Shown: positions 31,895 through 32,812 of the stretch, one piece after another
Position numbering within the stretch: the first letter of the stretch is position 1
Layout of the letters: each line of letters starts with the position of its first letter
Assembly: GCA_013153135.1 (NCBI GenBank)
Contig: JAADFA010000039.1
Span: 1 to 32,812, forward strand
Direction: 5' to 3'
DNA: 32,812 nucleotides
Source of the DNA: Chloroflexota bacterium
Lineage (GTDB): Bacteria; Chloroflexota; Anaerolineae; Anaerolineales; DRMV01
Made by a program: the position numbers and the translations under genes
The notes under the pieces: model-generated
Told to the model about the DNA's origin: nothing
The model's input: only the letters and a program-made list of their open reading frames with translations
Database searches by the model: none

Positions 31895-32638
31895 CTAAGG
31901 TGTCGACGTTGCCGTCGGGGTTATGGGCGGCGTGTTGGTTGGCGTAAACGACGGCAAGGGGGTGGGCGTCTGGGTTCCGGTTGCGGTCGCGGTAGGTGAG
32001 GGCCAGGGGATAGGCCCGGGTGGGGTGCCCTGGGGAAGCCAGAGACGCATTTCGCCTTGAATCGCGGGCGGAATGAAGATCAACCGTTCATCTCCCCCAA
32101 AGCGATAACCAATACGCAGCTCAGGAAAGAGACGATAGGGCGATGGACCCATGCAGTACACACGCGTTTTGGAGAACTCGGGCAGATAAACGCACTCCAA
32201 CTCCGCGCCGTTGAGCTCCATGAAGAAGTGCCTTGGGTATAAAATGTTCTCGAAAACGTAGCGATAGACGTATTCCTGCTTATATATCATTTTGCCAACA
32301 TGGTAGAGGCAGGGCAGACGCATGCCGGGCTGGCAACGGCCACCGAATCGATACGCGTCGATGGTTGGGGTTGGGGTAAAGGTGGGGGATGGGGTCGGTG
32401 TGAGCCAGACGACCGTCGGGGTAGCGGTAGCCGTTGGGGTTGCACTAGGGCGCGGGGTGGCTGTCGGCGGCTGGGTGGGCGAGGGGCGGAGGGTGGGCAA
32501 CTGGAGCGGTTGCCACTGCTTGGAGTCTGGTGTTGGGCTGGGCAAAAGCGTTGGGAGCGCGGATGGGCCTGTGCAGCTGAGCAGGCCCATCAAGATGCCC
32601 ACAAAAAGGAGGAACAAGCTAAAACGATGGTATCTCAT
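31895..32638 (-). CDS. Exported four-Cys domain protein, paralog 2 (247 aa)
   Basis: The signal peptide has the lipobox-like GLLSC. A P/T linker is followed by the same domain (PCLY, VYRYVFEN, FFMELNGA, ECVYLP, VYCMG) and an extra C-terminal P/T-rich tail. Confidence 0.7.
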   Translation of the reverse strand: MRYHRFSLFLLFVGILMGLLSCTGPSALPTLLPSPTPDSKQWQPLQLPTLRPSPTQPPTATPRPSATPTATATPTVVWLTPTPSPTFTPTPTIDAYRFGGRCQPGMRLPCLYHVGKMIYKQEYVYRYVFENILYPRHFFMELNGAELECVYLPEFSKTRVYCMGPSPYRLFPELRIGYRFGGDERLIFIPPAIQGEMRLWLPQGTPPGPIPWPSPTATATGTQTPTPLPSFTPTNTPPITPTATSTP

Positions 32639-32676
32639 CCCACAGTCCTTTGACGATTCCAGATGGGCTTAAGGGA

Positions 32677-32682
32677 ATTATA
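32677..32682 (-). promoter_or_regulatory. Perfect TATAAT -10 hexamer (minus strand) upstream of the paralog operon
   Basis: The minus strand reads GGGTATAATTCC, about 39 nt upstream of ATG 32638. I see no convincing -35 element. The -35 position falls at the edge of the repeat copy at 32690-32812. Confidence 0.35.
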
Positions 32683-32689
32683 CCCGCAA

Positions 32690-32812
32690 ATCCCATGAGG
32701 ATAGCGGACGGGTTCCGCCGCGGGTGCACGCAAAGGTTGTAGAAACGGCAAGCGCCCTGCGGCCATGGTCGCGCTCGCGTGCCGCCCCGCCGCGGGCTGG
32801 AAGCCCGCGGCT
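32690..32812. repeat. Third, partial and rearranged copy of the 20339-20580 repeat family (runs off the window)
   Basis: GATAGCGGACGGGTTCCGCCGC (32699-32721) matches GATCCTAGCGGGCGGGTTCCGCCGC. CTCGCGTGCCGCCCCGCCGCGGGCT matches CTCGCGTGCCGCGGCCGCCTGCGGCT. A perfect 10-bp hairpin, GCCGCGGGCT-GGA-AGCCCGCGGC (32789-32811), corresponds to the degenerate GCCGCGGGCT-AGA-AACCCACGGT at 20339-20361. Confidence 0.65.

Noticed and set aside
1-32812. tRNA, rRNA, transposase, integrase, toxin-antitoxin or recognisable defence genes (restriction enzymes, Cas, abortive-infection ATPases).
   Set aside because: - I found no T-loop/acceptor-like tRNA signature and no rRNA-like stretch.
- No ORF has DDE, tyrosine- or serine-recombinase or nuclease motifs.
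- Absence is based on reading only, without tRNAscan or HMM searches.

Overview
This is a GC-rich bacterial chromosomal segment. My manual 60-nt spot counts give about 73% GC in typical genes (27901-27960) and 40-48% in a few atypical stretches. The style fits a Chloroflexota-like organism: TadE/TadG pseudopilins, many exported proteins with Pro/Thr-rich linkers, and a GAAC-N4-GTTC SOS box. That taxon call is inference with low confidence.

I support about 29 protein genes and no rRNA, tRNA, CRISPR array, transposase or integrase.

**Housekeeping genes**
- glmS
- an MsbA-type ABC exporter
- an MBL-fold hydrolase
- ald plus a 4-hydroxybutyrate-type CoA-transferase, translationally coupled
- a stand-alone RibD C-terminal reductase
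- a coupled string of GATase1, TrmH-family methyltransferase, exported protein and tgt
- a UMF1/Atg22-type MFS transporter
- lexA, with a clear promoter-embedded SOS box
- holB-cutA
- ctaA-ctaB

**Less ordinary content**
1. A lower-GC three-gene cassette at 23235-27389. It encodes a PAS-PAS atypical histidine kinase, an insert-bearing receiver and an orphan 528-aa membrane protein. It sits behind an AT-rich spacer with a consensus TTGACA-17-TATATT promoter.
2. A minus-strand operon at 29481-32638. It has two tandem paralogous exported four-Cys proteins of unknown family followed by a 561-aa polytopic membrane protein.
3. An orphan tadE-tadE-tadG pseudopilin operon at 8846-11577.
4. Two unrelated families of intergenic repeats.
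   - A REP/BIME-like composite built from heptad arrays and GGGCGCAC-N4-GTGCGCCC hairpins, at 1-288 and 15849-16173.
   - A unit of about 123 nt, present twice in tandem at 20339-20580 and once more at the window edge (32690-32812).

Several ORF-track starts are too long, and I corrected them from RBS and motif evidence. Functional calls rest on motifs I read in the translations. No database search was run.
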